Origin: an uncultured Luteolibacter sp.
Lineage (GTDB): Bacteria; Verrucomicrobiota; Verrucomicrobiia; Verrucomicrobiales; Akkermansiaceae
Length of the DNA stretch: 64,000 nt
Assembly (NCBI GenBank): GCA_964541125.1
Contig: CAZIPY010000268.1
Span: forward strand, 21,997 to 85,996
Direction of reading: 5' to 3'
In this document: piece after piece, positions 1 to 9,626 of the stretch
Layout: every line of letters starts with the position of its first letter
Position numbering within the stretch: the first letter of the stretch is position 1
Position numbers and translations under genes: made by a program
The notes under the pieces: model-generated
Databases searched by the model: none
What the model saw: only the letters and a program-made list of their open reading frames with translations
What the model was told of the DNA's origin: nothing

Positions 1-1
1 T

Positions 2-2572
2 CTGCCGGATGGCGGGGATCCTCACGCTCAGGACTTCGACAAGGATGGCCTCAGTTCCATCGAGGAGCTGACCAGCCCCTTTCAAACTGACCCGCTTGAG
101 GAGGACACCGATGGCGATCAGCTGCTGGATGGCTGGGAGATCCAGCATGGTTACATTCCCAATGACCCAGACAGCGATGGCAACGGCACCTTTGATGGGC
201 TTGAAGACCCGGATGGGGATGGCGCCAACAACCTCGCCGAGCAGGGCAACGAGGGTAACCCACATGATGCCATCGACCAAGGCCTGCCACCACTTGAGGT
301 GCTCGGAGACGGCGGTCAGGGTGAAGAACGCTTAGCCAGCCGGTCCTACCTGCTGCCCGCGGGATCACGGGATTACGTCGTCTTAGCCCATGTCCACAGT
401 GAGGAGTATCCGGAGTACACCTCCGTCCAGAGTATCTTCGACGATGTCTTCCGCTGGAAGATTGAGCCTTCCATCGGGGATGCGATCGAAGGCAGCGTTT
501 CGGTCAACAGCCTGCACGAGCAATGGGTGGACTCTGAGGCTGAAGGCAGCAGCTTCATGGGCTACTCACCCATTGCCAGTAAGGTGTTGGGCGTGGTGCA
601 CGCCTCGCCCACCGAGGATATCACCGTGGACGTTGAGCTCGGGATGACCAACATTTCAGATGGAGAGCTTTGGAGTGTGGCCATGGTCTCCTTGGTGCCG
701 GTGGCCATGACGCCGGATTGGAACCGAGATGGTATCATCGATCACAAGGACCAGGGCAAGGTGAGCGAGGCCAACCCCTGGCGCTGGTGGATGAATGACG
801 ACGACGACAATCCCGATGTCGCTGGGGTCACCGATGGTTCGGGGGACACCCCGACCGGGGGATTTGGTGATAGCCACGACAACCGGGTCGATGGCGTCCG
901 CGATCTGGTGGACTTCTTTCCCCTGCATCTGGATCTCAAGGATCTGCTGAGACGTTTTCCCGCCGACAAGCACAGCTACCGGCTTAAGCAGGAAGATGCT
1001 GCACTGAAGTTCGTAGAAGTACCCTTTGCCAACGCTCGCGCGGGACGTGGGGCGGCGAGCCATCTCATCCATGTGGGCACGGCCAGCTCCTTGTCCCGTT
1101 CATTGGTCAAGCGGACCAAAGAAGACGGACTGCTCAGTAATGGTGGTCGGCTCAGTGATGACTACCTCAAGGCAGTCGCCGGAGGCAGGGGCATGGTGCT
1201 CTGCGAGGGCAGCAACACCAGTGACAAGCCACTACGACTCGAAATCTGGACCAAGAAGGGGGACAATCTACGGTTTTCTATCGAGATGCCTCTCCGCATC
1301 AGTCGAGTGGAAGAGATGTACCGTCATGCCAACCTCCGTGACCAGTTGCCGAAGGAAGGGGGCGAGGAGGTCGATGCCGGGCAGTTGCCCTCCCAGATGG
1401 AAAATCCTGGCGAGGCCTACCCGGACAGCCTGACCAACGGCAAGTACTTCGTCTTTGTGCACGGCTACAATGTCGATGCCTACAATGCGCGTGGCTGGCA
1501 TGCCGAAATCTTCAAACGCATGCATCAGCTCGGCAGCCGTGCGCGCTTCGTAGGAGTCAGCTGGCATGGTGACACTGGCTTGGATTATCACCACGCGGTG
1601 CATCATGCCTTTCAGACAGGAGACATCTTCAAAGATCACCTACCATCGGGTGAGGGGGTCACCATCGCGGCTCACAGTCTCGGCAACATGGTGGTGTCCC
1701 AGGCCATCGAATACGGGAGCTATGCGCCCAAACGCTACTACATGATCAACGCGGCCACGCCCATCGAGGCCTACGATACCACCCAGACCACGGGCAATGA
1801 TGGTCGGAACATGGAGGAGTTCATGACCGAGAGTTCGTGGAAGCCGCTGCGTCCGCATAGGCGCAAGCTCTTTGCCTCGGATTGGTGGCGGCTGTTTCCG
1901 GAGAACGACGGACGCCGCAAGCTCACCTGGCACGGGCGCTTCTCCAAGAAGGTGCCACTCATCGCCACCAACTTCTACTCGACGGGCGAAGACGTGGTCG
2001 CCAACCCGCGTCCGGAGGAGAGCGTGACCGAACACCTGAAGAACGTGATCATTAAGTTCAATGCTTCGGAACATGCTTGGGTTTCCCAGGAAATCAGTAA
2101 GGGCAGTGATTTGATGGATTTGTTGCTCAAAGATACCCACGCTGGCTGGGCTCTCAATGAAGGCGGGCCCTGGCCAGGAATCAAGGAGCAGGAGAATTGG
2201 CAGCAACATATCGATGAGCTGGTGGGCGACGAACTGGTCCGTCAGCACCCTTTCTACGAGCCTTTCCGACCAGCTGGTCTCTACGATCCAGCCGCCGGCA
2301 GCGAGAAAGCCAATGACCCGGATCTGCAATACCGCTTGTTAGCGACGGCCATTCCTGCCAAATCCTTTGCTGTCGCAGCGAATGCAGTGAATGACTTTAA
2401 TGAGCTGGGTAAAAATTATGACATGATGATAATGAAAACGGACGCAGCTTGGCCCAGAGGCAATGACGAAAAAGGCGCCCGCTGGCTGCATAGCGACTTC
2501 CGAAATGTTGCACTCTGCTACGTGCAGCGAATGTATTACAAGATGATCGACCTGGAAGATCTTGATGACTGA
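2..2572 (+). CDS. Large secreted-type protein, 5'-truncated by the window edge: bacterial TSP3 Ca-binding repeats, PAD-like middle segment and C-terminal DUF900-like alpha/beta hydrolase (candidate lipase toxin)
   Basis: The frame is open from position 2 (LPDGGDPHAQDFDKDGLSSIEE...DTDGDQLLDGWE...DSDGNG...DPDGDG, DxDxDG repeats) into the listed ORF 299..2572. Motifs include PDWNRDGIID/NDDDD, FVHGYNV and the nucleophile elbow AHSLG. Confidence 0.8.
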   Translation: MPDGGDPHAQDFDKDGLSSIEELTSPFQTDPLEEDTDGDQLLDGWEIQHGYIPNDPDSDGNGTFDGLEDPDGDGANNLAEQGNEGNPHDAIDQGLPPLEVLGDGGQGEERLASRSYLLPAGSRDYVVLAHVHSEEYPEYTSVQSIFDDVFRWKIEPSIGDAIEGSVSVNSLHEQWVDSEAEGSSFMGYSPIASKVLGVVHASPTEDITVDVELGMTNISDGELWSVAMVSLVPVAMTPDWNRDGIIDHKDQGKVSEANPWRWWMNDDDDNPDVAGVTDGSGDTPTGGFGDSHDNRVDGVRDLVDFFPLHLDLKDLLRRFPADKHSYRLKQEDAALKFVEVPFANARAGRGAASHLIHVGTASSLSRSLVKRTKEDGLLSNGGRLSDDYLKAVAGGRGMVLCEGSNTSDKPLRLEIWTKKGDNLRFSIEMPLRISRVEEMYRHANLRDQLPKEGGEEVDAGQLPSQMENPGEAYPDSLTNGKYFVFVHGYNVDAYNARGWHAEIFKRMHQLGSRARFVGVSWHGDTGLDYHHAVHHAFQTGDIFKDHLPSGEGVTIAAHSLGNMVVSQAIEYGSYAPKRYYMINAATPIEAYDTTQTTGNDGRNMEEFMTESSWKPLRPHRRKLFASDWWRLFPENDGRRKLTWHGRFSKKVPLIATNFYSTGEDVVANPRPEESVTEHLKNVIIKFNASEHAWVSQEISKGSDLMDLLLKDTHAGWALNEGGPWPGIKEQENWQQHIDELVGDELVRQHPFYEPFRPAGLYDPAAGSEKANDPDLQYRLLATAIPAKSFAVAANAVNDFNELGKNYDMMIMKTDAAWPRGNDEKGARWLHSDFRNVALCYVQRMYYKMIDLEDLDD

Positions 2573-3518
2573 GCGTATATATAAAATTCTTGTTTGCTTA
2601 TTTTGCTTTGCTTCCTCCGGCTTAGCGGAGGAAAAGCAGGCAACTGTTCGTCTCAAGGTGGTTGATGAGAGCGGCATAGCAGTGCCGAACGCCCAAATGC
2701 GAATCGTCTTCAGAGGTTATCAGGTTGGCGAAAGCGTGGATGTTGCAAAAAAGACAGATGACCAAGGCGCGTTAGTGGCTCAGGGTTGGCCGGAAGCCGA
2801 GTTCATGTCTAACGTTGATGTCGTATCAGACGACTCTCGATACTATACAAGTCGCCTCACGGACGGCGCGGTCAATAAATGGAACTTCGACTTCAATATG
2901 ATAGTTCGTAAAGTAGGGACCCCCATCCCGATGTACGCCAAAAAGATCGTGCTTAAGTTGCCCGAGCTTCGGAAAGAAATAGGCTTCGACTTTCAGAAAG
3001 GTGACTGGGTGAAGCCTTATGGGAATGGTGAAGTCACGGACTGTACATTTATAGGCACTAAATCGTTTGAAGATAGATATAACTTCAAAACAACAGTCAT
3101 AGTGAGTTTCCCTCATGAGAAAACAGGAATGTTGATTGATGCTGTTGCGGACAAAAAAACTTTCAAGCAAAGCATGTTTAAAGGCTCAAGATTTGCACCT
3201 GATCATGGATTCCAGCATGCATTTGAATTTACTGCGCTTAAGAAAGATGGGCAGCGTGAGGGGTCTAGCATGGCCACCACCTATCTTTTTAGGTGTCGTC
3301 CAAATATTGACCACAACGGCGAGCTAAAAGGCTATCATTATGGTAAGATAGTTAAATGCATGAGCGTTGCAGGAGGCGCGGCCATTGCAGACGCCAAGCC
3401 CGAGGTTAGTTTCACCTACTACTTCAACCCGACGCCCAACGATCGCAATTTGGAGTTCGATCCGGATCAGAATCTCTTCGGCAAACTCGATTGGGAAGAA
3501 GCGGTAAGAGATCCCTAA
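2565..3518 (+). CDS. Secreted protein with an N-terminal carboxypeptidase-regulatory-like beta-sandwich; candidate immunity protein
   Basis: ATG 2565 overlaps the upstream stop by 8 nt. It has a signal peptide, a VVDESGIAVPNA motif and C-terminal YYFNPTPNDRNLEFD, and is visibly AT-richer than its flanks. Confidence 0.7.
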   Translation: MTERIYKILVCLFCFASSGLAEEKQATVRLKVVDESGIAVPNAQMRIVFRGYQVGESVDVAKKTDDQGALVAQGWPEAEFMSNVDVVSDDSRYYTSRLTDGAVNKWNFDFNMIVRKVGTPIPMYAKKIVLKLPELRKEIGFDFQKGDWVKPYGNGEVTDCTFIGTKSFEDRYNFKTTVIVSFPHEKTGMLIDAVADKKTFKQSMFKGSRFAPDHGFQHAFEFTALKKDGQREGSSMATTYLFRCRPNIDHNGELKGYHYGKIVKCMSVAGGAAIADAKPEVSFTYYFNPTPNDRNLEFDPDQNLFGKLDWEEAVRDP

Positions 3519-3536
3519 GTCCGGATCAAAACTTGT

Positions 3537-3561
3537 TAAGCTTTTCGGCTGGGACGTGTCT
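3537..3561 (+). promoter_or_regulatory. Candidate ECF-sigma promoter TAAG-N14-CGTGTCT (copy 1)
   Basis: TAAG 3537-3540 and CGTGTCT 3555-3561, 22 nt before ATG 3584. The same motif with the same spacing recurs at 4842-4866. Confidence 0.5.
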
Positions 3562-3583
3562 GCTAGGTATTGCAAGATTGCCG

Positions 3584-4777
3584 ATGATGTTCCGCCACGC
3601 CCGACTCGCCGTGCTCACTGCTGCCGCCTTTGCGGTGGCTTCTTGCGTGATGTTGAGCCCGCGGACATCGGCTGAGATTCTGCCCTACGCCTCGATCAAT
3701 GCGATGAGCATGACGGGAGACTTGATTGTGGTGGGCAGCTACGAGGGGGACGGCAAGCTGAATGTGGAGCAGGTGCTGTGGCCGGAAGAAACAGAGATCA
3801 AGCCCGGCGCTGTGTTGAATATTCCTGCACTCGCGCAGCACAGTCGCAAAGCGATCGAGTTGCACGACCTCAAGGAACCCGTTCCTGAAATCGAAACCAA
3901 GAAGATGGTGCTGTTTGCCAAGGACGACAAAGGTGGCATGCCCGTGCCCTTCCACCACATTGGAGCGGGAAGCATGGGAGTGATCTGGTTCGACGACAAA
4001 CGATGCTACGGCTACACCCAGATCTTCGATGGGAACTACACCTTGACGGCTTCCGGGGAAGGGGTGGAGGACGTGCCTAAGGACAAACTGGCTCTTTTCA
4101 ACGAGATCGAGACTGGCTTCAAAGAACGCCACTTGTGGGAGGACATCAAGGCCATCAGGGAGCCGGGTCGCCGTGCTCTGGCGATGGCCTCGTTCTATGC
4201 CAGGGCGACGCGCCCGGAAGGGACCTTCCATGGCGCCCACTTGATCGTCGAACTCAAGAAAATCGGCCTCCCGGCGATTCCGGCCATTGCGGATACTGTG
4301 GAACAACTGGAGCCCGATGAAGAGTTGTGGGAGCTTGCTTCGGTGCTTCAGAGCATTGTCTTCCCCCAGCCAGAGAAAGAACGGGCAAGGCATTTGCAAC
4401 CGGTGGTGGCACCCATCATCAAGTGGCTAGAGGCCAACAAGAAGAGTCATCCGTATGGTGCCTTGGAGATCGTGCATTTGGCGGCGGACCCAAAAGCGAT
4501 CAAGGTCACCCGCCCTTATCTGGAACATGAGAGTCGCGACGTGGTGGGCATAGCGGCTTCGGCTTTGGCGGCGATGAAGGATGTGGAGTCCTTCGAGCGG
4601 ATTGCGGAACTCTTGGAGAAGTCGGAAGACGTGGGCCTCAGCACCACTGAGTTGGCTTTCGGCACGGCGCTCTTTGAGCTCGATCCCAAACGGGCCCGCC
4701 CTCTCATCCTTAAGGCTACCGAGCGCGTCGGTAATGGCGCTCTGAGCGGCTCCATTCCAGGGCTTACGACTCCCTAA
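3584..4777 (+). CDS. Hypothetical exported protein with C-terminal HEAT-like helical repeats
   Basis: Long ORF with a signal-like N-terminus from ATG 3584. HEAT-like segment YLEHESRDVVGIAASALAAMKD. Confidence 0.65.
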   Translation: MMFRHARLAVLTAAAFAVASCVMLSPRTSAEILPYASINAMSMTGDLIVVGSYEGDGKLNVEQVLWPEETEIKPGAVLNIPALAQHSRKAIELHDLKEPVPEIETKKMVLFAKDDKGGMPVPFHHIGAGSMGVIWFDDKRCYGYTQIFDGNYTLTASGEGVEDVPKDKLALFNEIETGFKERHLWEDIKAIREPGRRALAMASFYARATRPEGTFHGAHLIVELKKIGLPAIPAIADTVEQLEPDEELWELASVLQSIVFPQPEKERARHLQPVVAPIIKWLEANKKSHPYGALEIVHLAADPKAIKVTRPYLEHESRDVVGIAASALAAMKDVESFERIAELLEKSEDVGLSTTELAFGTALFELDPKRARPLILKATERVGNGALSGSIPGLTTP

Positions 4778-4841
4778 TCCCCGAAAACAGGGGGCTGAGA
4801 CGCCCCTAACGACAAAATTCCTAAAACGGGCCGAAAATTTC

Positions 4842-4866
4842 TAAGGTTCGGGTTCGGGGCGTGTCT
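4842..4866 (+). promoter_or_regulatory. Candidate ECF-sigma promoter TAAG-N14-CGTGTCT (copy 2)
   Basis: TAAG 4842-4845 and CGTGTCT 4860-4866, upstream of the serpin ATG at 4893. Confidence 0.5.
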
Positions 4867-4892
4867 TCTTAGACACAAGAACGAACGCCGCC

Positions 4893-6677
4893 ATGAGATC
4901 CAATCCATTCATCAATGATGCCAGTCTGGCCACCGCCGCCGTGCTGGGAGCCCTTTCCTTCGCCGCCATGCTCAGCCTGGGCCACGGGCTGCCCGAGAAG
5001 CAGGAGCTTCTGGAGGCCGAGAAAGACTCCACGGAATGCAGCTCGGGGAATTGTCCGTCGGGACGCGGCGTGGAGGCCCGTGACATTCGCAAGGACGAAG
5101 CGCTCTATGACCTTCAACCACCGGTACTCGTTGAGGAAGTGAAGGCAGCGGATGTTCAGAAGTTCGATGGCCCGATGCATGTGATCAGCGTGGATAAGGA
5201 CGGCAACATCGTCTGTGGCCACGCCAAGCCCCATCCGATCAAGGACGCTCCCGAGGCCATCGTAGTCGGCAGGGATCAGAAGGGCCTGGCCAAAATCGCG
5301 ATGGAGCAGCAGAAGCGTCTGCAGGCGGAGCGGGAGAGAGCTGACAAGACCGTGAAGCCAGAGAAGAAGCCGGAAGAGGAAGTCTCCGAGCCACTGCTCG
5401 CTTTTCCCATCGACCTCTGCAAACAGGACCCACGCAAAGCTCAGTTGGTCAAGGAAGGCAAAGCGGTGTGGGTGATGCCCAATCGGGGAGAGAAATCTGT
5501 GGACGGTGCGGACTATCAGAAGCCACACCCTCCAATCCATCATGACGAGGCCTTGCTAGTGCAGGAACTGTCTATGCCCATTCCACCACCGGTCAATGCA
5601 GCCTTCGATGCCAACCTCTATCAGCTATTTGCGGCCAAGGAGGAGAATGTCTTCTTTTCGCCCTACAGCATCACTGAGGCCATGGCCATGGTCTACGCCG
5701 GCACCGGAGGCAACACCACGACCGAAATTGGCAAGGCCCTGAGCTTCCAACAGGATGCGAAGGGCACCAGCAATCACCTGCTCATCATGCGCAATCACCT
5801 CGGCCGCAGCCTCAACAAGGGCGACAACAAGCTGAGCATCGCCAACGCACTCTGTGTGACCGGTATCGCGCCCAAGCAGGCCTATCAGGACATGGTGCGT
5901 CAGCAATTCGGCGGCGAGTTGTTTTCCGGCGGCCTACCCGAAATCAATGGCTGGGTTAAGAAAAAGACCGAGGGCAAGATCGAGAAGATCCTTGATCGCC
6001 TCAGCGCGGACTCCGCCTGCGTGCTGCTCAACGCCGTCTACTTCAAGGGCAACTGGCAGATACCCTTTAAGAGCCACAGCACTCATAAGGCACCTTTCCA
6101 TGTCAGTGGCGGAGAGAAAGCCCGCGTCGACATGATGATGAGAAACGCGCACTACCGTTTGGTGCAAGACATGGGCCTCATCGCCGTCGAGTTGCCCTAT
6201 CAAACAGGAGCTTCCATGGTGCTGATCATGCCGGAAAAGGCGGATGGCATGAAGGCTCTGGAAAAACAGCTGAGCTCGGTGATGCTCGATCAAGTTTGCA
6301 ATAAGCTCGCTTCGGCACAGCCTCAGGACATCGATCTCTACCTGCCGAAATTCAAGCTTGAGACCGAATATGACCTGATTCCTGCCATGAGGCGGCTCGG
6401 CATGTCGGACGCCTTCGAGGGTGGCAAAGCCAACTTTGAGGCCATGTATGACCGCAGCGACATTTCAATCGCCCAGATCAAGCACAAGGCCGCGCTCGAG
6501 GTGGACGAGAAGGGTTCAGTCGCTGCCGCAGTTACCGCCGTGGAACTGAAGGCGGAGAGCGCGACCATTCATCAGCCGCTGCGGATTCGCTTCGACCGCC
6601 CCTTCATCACCATCATTCGCGATCGCGACTCCGGCACCAACCTGTTCATGGGCCGCATCAACGATCCGACGAAGTGA
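4893..6677 (+). CDS. Serpin with a long N-terminal extension
   Basis: Serpin motifs NVFFSPYSI, LLNAVYFKGNW, LPKFKL, hinge EKGSVAAAVT and FDRPF...LFMGRINDP. About 225 aa of N-terminal extension follows a hydrophobic segment. Confidence 0.93.
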   Translation: MRSNPFINDASLATAAVLGALSFAAMLSLGHGLPEKQELLEAEKDSTECSSGNCPSGRGVEARDIRKDEALYDLQPPVLVEEVKAADVQKFDGPMHVISVDKDGNIVCGHAKPHPIKDAPEAIVVGRDQKGLAKIAMEQQKRLQAERERADKTVKPEKKPEEEVSEPLLAFPIDLCKQDPRKAQLVKEGKAVWVMPNRGEKSVDGADYQKPHPPIHHDEALLVQELSMPIPPPVNAAFDANLYQLFAAKEENVFFSPYSITEAMAMVYAGTGGNTTTEIGKALSFQQDAKGTSNHLLIMRNHLGRSLNKGDNKLSIANALCVTGIAPKQAYQDMVRQQFGGELFSGGLPEINGWVKKKTEGKIEKILDRLSADSACVLLNAVYFKGNWQIPFKSHSTHKAPFHVSGGEKARVDMMMRNAHYRLVQDMGLIAVELPYQTGASMVLIMPEKADGMKALEKQLSSVMLDQVCNKLASAQPQDIDLYLPKFKLETEYDLIPAMRRLGMSDAFEGGKANFEAMYDRSDISIAQIKHKAALEVDEKGSVAAAVTAVELKAESATIHQPLRIRFDRPFITIIRDRDSGTNLFMGRINDPTK

Positions 6678-6700
6678 TCAGCGCCAAACCAGTTCCCCTC

Positions 6701-7876
6701 ATGAAACTCATCCTTCCCATCCTCTCACTCGCCGTCATCCCCGGGCTGCTCTCCGCCGAAGCCGTAGACAGCAACAAGGGCGTGGACATCAACCCGGGCT
6801 TCACTCCCAAGCTTTATGCGCAGCTAAGTGAAACCGAAAACAACGTCTTCTTCTCGCCCTATAGCATCACCGAGGCCATGGCCATGGTGCACGCGGGTGC
6901 CGGCGGTAACACCGCCGATGAAATCGCCAAGGCTCTGAGCATTCATGCCAAGGCCGATGCCATTGCACCGCGCCTGATGGCCCAGCGAGCCCTGATCAGT
7001 GCCCATGCCAACAAGGGCGATAACAAGCTCAACATTGCTAACGCGCTCTGCATCACCGGCAAGGTTCCTGAGCAGAACTATCAGGATATTGTCCGAAACC
7101 AGTTCAAGGGAGAGATTTTTGCCGGCGGCCTGGAGAAGATCAACGGTTGGGTCGAGAAAAAGACCGAGGGCAACATTAAGAAGATCCTTGATGAGCTCGA
7201 TCCGAATTCGGCCTGCGTTCTTCTCAATGCCGTTTACTTCAAAGGCAATTGGCAGACGCCCTTCAAGCCCAGTGCCACTTATAAGGCGCCGTTCCACCTC
7301 GACAACGGTAAAGACGTGAAGGTCGACATGATGAGTCGCACGGGTTCGTTCCGCGTGCTGCGCGACAATGGACTGCTCGCACTTGAGCTGCCATACAAGA
7401 CCAGCGCTTCGATGGTGTTGATTCAAGCGGACAAGGCTGACGGCATGGCGGCTCTGGAGAAGCAGTTCAACGAGGGTCTGCTGCTCGATCTCGGCCAGCG
7501 CCTTGCCACCGCGCCCATGGAGCGCGCCCGACTCTTCCTGCCGAAGTTCAAAATCCAGACCAAGTACGACCTGATGCAACCGATGGCGGAACTCGGGATT
7601 AAGGACGCCTTCAGCTTCAAGAATTCCGACTTCAAGAAGATGTATGCCAGGAGCGCGGTCAAAATCTCTCAGATCAGGCACAAGGCCACCCTCGAAGTGG
7701 ATGAGCAGGGTTCGGTGGCCACGGCCGCGACCGCTGTGGAGATGACCTTGAAATCCGCCGCCAAGCCCCGTCCCACGCCCCAGATTCGCTTCGATCGCCC
7801 CTTCATGGTGCTGATTCGCGAGGGCACCACCGGCACCAACCTTTTCGTCGGACGGATCAACGATCCCACGAAATAA
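6701..7876 (+). CDS. Secreted serpin
   Basis: Signal peptide from ATG 6701. Motifs NVFFSPYSI, NAVYFKGNW, hinge EQGSVATAAT and FDRPF...LFVGRINDP. Confidence 0.95.
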   Translation: MKLILPILSLAVIPGLLSAEAVDSNKGVDINPGFTPKLYAQLSETENNVFFSPYSITEAMAMVHAGAGGNTADEIAKALSIHAKADAIAPRLMAQRALISAHANKGDNKLNIANALCITGKVPEQNYQDIVRNQFKGEIFAGGLEKINGWVEKKTEGNIKKILDELDPNSACVLLNAVYFKGNWQTPFKPSATYKAPFHLDNGKDVKVDMMSRTGSFRVLRDNGLLALELPYKTSASMVLIQADKADGMAALEKQFNEGLLLDLGQRLATAPMERARLFLPKFKIQTKYDLMQPMAELGIKDAFSFKNSDFKKMYARSAVKISQIRHKATLEVDEQGSVATAATAVEMTLKSAAKPRPTPQIRFDRPFMVLIREGTTGTNLFVGRINDPTK

Positions 7877-7940
7877 GGGGGATTACGGCACTTTACGGAC
7901 CTTTTACCCATCGGTGTGGCCCTCCCGCTAGTCTGAGACC

Positions 7941-8549
7941 ATGAAATGCACTCCTCTGCTCGCTGTTCTTGGTCTTGGCGCTCTGGCTTTGGGCGATGAA
8001 CCCGACTGCGTCGAGATTGTGGAGCCGGTCCAAGTTCAAATCTTTGCTAATGGCGAACCCATCGACATCGACCTACAGCAGATCGACCTTCAGGGCGGAC
8101 TTCGCATTCAGCTGGGTGATGGCATTCAGTTGCCTGACGTCCAGCAGGGAGTGCCACAAACCGAAGCCATCCCCGAAAAGTATGCCGACCTCAAGGTAGT
8201 CACGATGATCATGGAAGACATGAAGCATCACACCGACGGCCTCGGCTATGAGGTGACCTTCCGCATCATCAATCCCACCGAGGAATTGATGCAGTTCCCC
8301 GGTACCTCCGAGAAGGACCCCATGGCCAAGAAGCAGATGTGGCGCAAGGGAGCTTGGGAGGAGGACAAGAATCATGAATACGCGACCAACACTCGCATCC
8401 GCAAATGCCGGATCGAGCCCGGTCAGTCGGCCGTGTTCAAGGCCAGTTTCATGATTGATGAGCTGCCGGCCCGCATCGGTGTCGGCTACTCCAACGGTCA
8501 CCACAACGGCAAGCACATGAAAGTTTGGTCCGAGAAGATCGAACGATAA
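7941..8549 (+). CDS. Small secreted protein, paralog 1 of a four-gene array (Ig-like pattern)
   Basis: Signal peptide. Shared motifs TEAIP, RIINPT, PGQSAVF, PARIG, VWSEKIER. Confidence 0.8.
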   Translation: MKCTPLLAVLGLGALALGDEPDCVEIVEPVQVQIFANGEPIDIDLQQIDLQGGLRIQLGDGIQLPDVQQGVPQTEAIPEKYADLKVVTMIMEDMKHHTDGLGYEVTFRIINPTEELMQFPGTSEKDPMAKKQMWRKGAWEEDKNHEYATNTRIRKCRIEPGQSAVFKASFMIDELPARIGVGYSNGHHNGKHMKVWSEKIER

Positions 8550-8569
8550 TCACCAACTCGAATTCTACG

Positions 8570-9088
8570 ATGAAAGCCGCCACGCTAATCACCTGCCTCA
8601 GCCTTTGTGGCCTATCCTTCGCCTTTGCAGACAAGCCCAAGCCTCTGCCAGAAGCCAACATCAATCCCCGCATCTGGGTTGAGGTCTGTGAAGAACATCC
8701 CGAGCCCAAGACCGAAGCCATCCCCAAGGCCTATGCCGAGGACAAGGCAGTCGCGATCAAGATTGAATCCCTCGTTCGCGCTAATGGCTTCTATCAGATG
8801 AAGCTGCGCATCATTAACCCAACTGAGAAGCCCGTGGTCTTCACCGGCTATTCAGAATCCAGCCCCGTCATCAAGGTTCAGCATTGGAAAGACGACAAGT
8901 GGGTAGACGAAAGGCGCGTGCTGCGCTGCGGCACCGGCTTGCGAGCCTGCACCATCGCACCCGGCCAGTCGGCCGTCTTCGGCGCGAGTCTGGAGGGCGA
9001 CAAGCTCCCCTCACGCATCGGCTTGGTCCATGCGCATGGCGAAAAAGAGCGCGACCTCAGCGTCTGGTCCGAGAAGATTGAGCGTTAA
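8570..9088 (+). CDS. Small secreted protein, paralog 2
   Basis: ATG 8570 with signal peptide. TEAIPK, RIINPT, CGTG, PGQSAVF, PSRIG, VWSEKIER. Confidence 0.8.
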   Translation: MKAATLITCLSLCGLSFAFADKPKPLPEANINPRIWVEVCEEHPEPKTEAIPKAYAEDKAVAIKIESLVRANGFYQMKLRIINPTEKPVVFTGYSESSPVIKVQHWKDDKWVDERRVLRCGTGLRACTIAPGQSAVFGASLEGDKLPSRIGLVHAHGEKERDLSVWSEKIER

Positions 9089-9110
9089 TATTTATCACCA
9101 TACACCTGTC

Positions 9111-9626
9111 ATGAAGATTGCCTCTGTCAGCTGCGCCATCATTGGATCGCTCACGGTGCTGTACGCTGATGATCCTGCGCCCATGCCAGAGTGCGCTCTC
9201 GATGTCGTTGAGCAATTGGATGAGGAGAAGGTCCAGATCAAGACCGAGGCGATTCCCAAGGAATATGCCGAAGAGAAGAAGGCCGCGATCAAGCTCGAAC
9301 ACCTCAAGCGAGATGCTGAGGGCAACTACATCGCCACCTTCCGAATCATCAACCCCGAGAAAAAGAGGCTCAGCTACTACATGTATCCAAGCGGCATGCC
9401 GAAGACCGACAGCCAGATTTTAAAAGACGGCAAGTGGATCGACCCAGACATGCGCTTAATCAGTGCCCCATTTCAGCAATTCACTGTTGGGGTGGGCCAG
9501 TCCCTTGTCTTTGAGGACAGTGTGAATGGGACCGATATGCCAGCGCGCATCGGCATCTCTTGTTGGGATCCGGATGATGGAGCGCATAAGAGATTCACCA
9601 TCTGGTCCGATCCGATCGAACGATGA
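9111..9626 (+). CDS. Small secreted protein, paralog 3
   Basis: ATG 9111 with signal peptide. TEAIPK, RIINP, GQSLVF, PARIG, IWSDPIER. Confidence 0.8.
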   Translation: MKIASVSCAIIGSLTVLYADDPAPMPECALDVVEQLDEEKVQIKTEAIPKEYAEEKKAAIKLEHLKRDAEGNYIATFRIINPEKKRLSYYMYPSGMPKTDSQILKDGKWIDPDMRLISAPFQQFTVGVGQSLVFEDSVNGTDMPARIGISCWDPDDGAHKRFTIWSDPIER

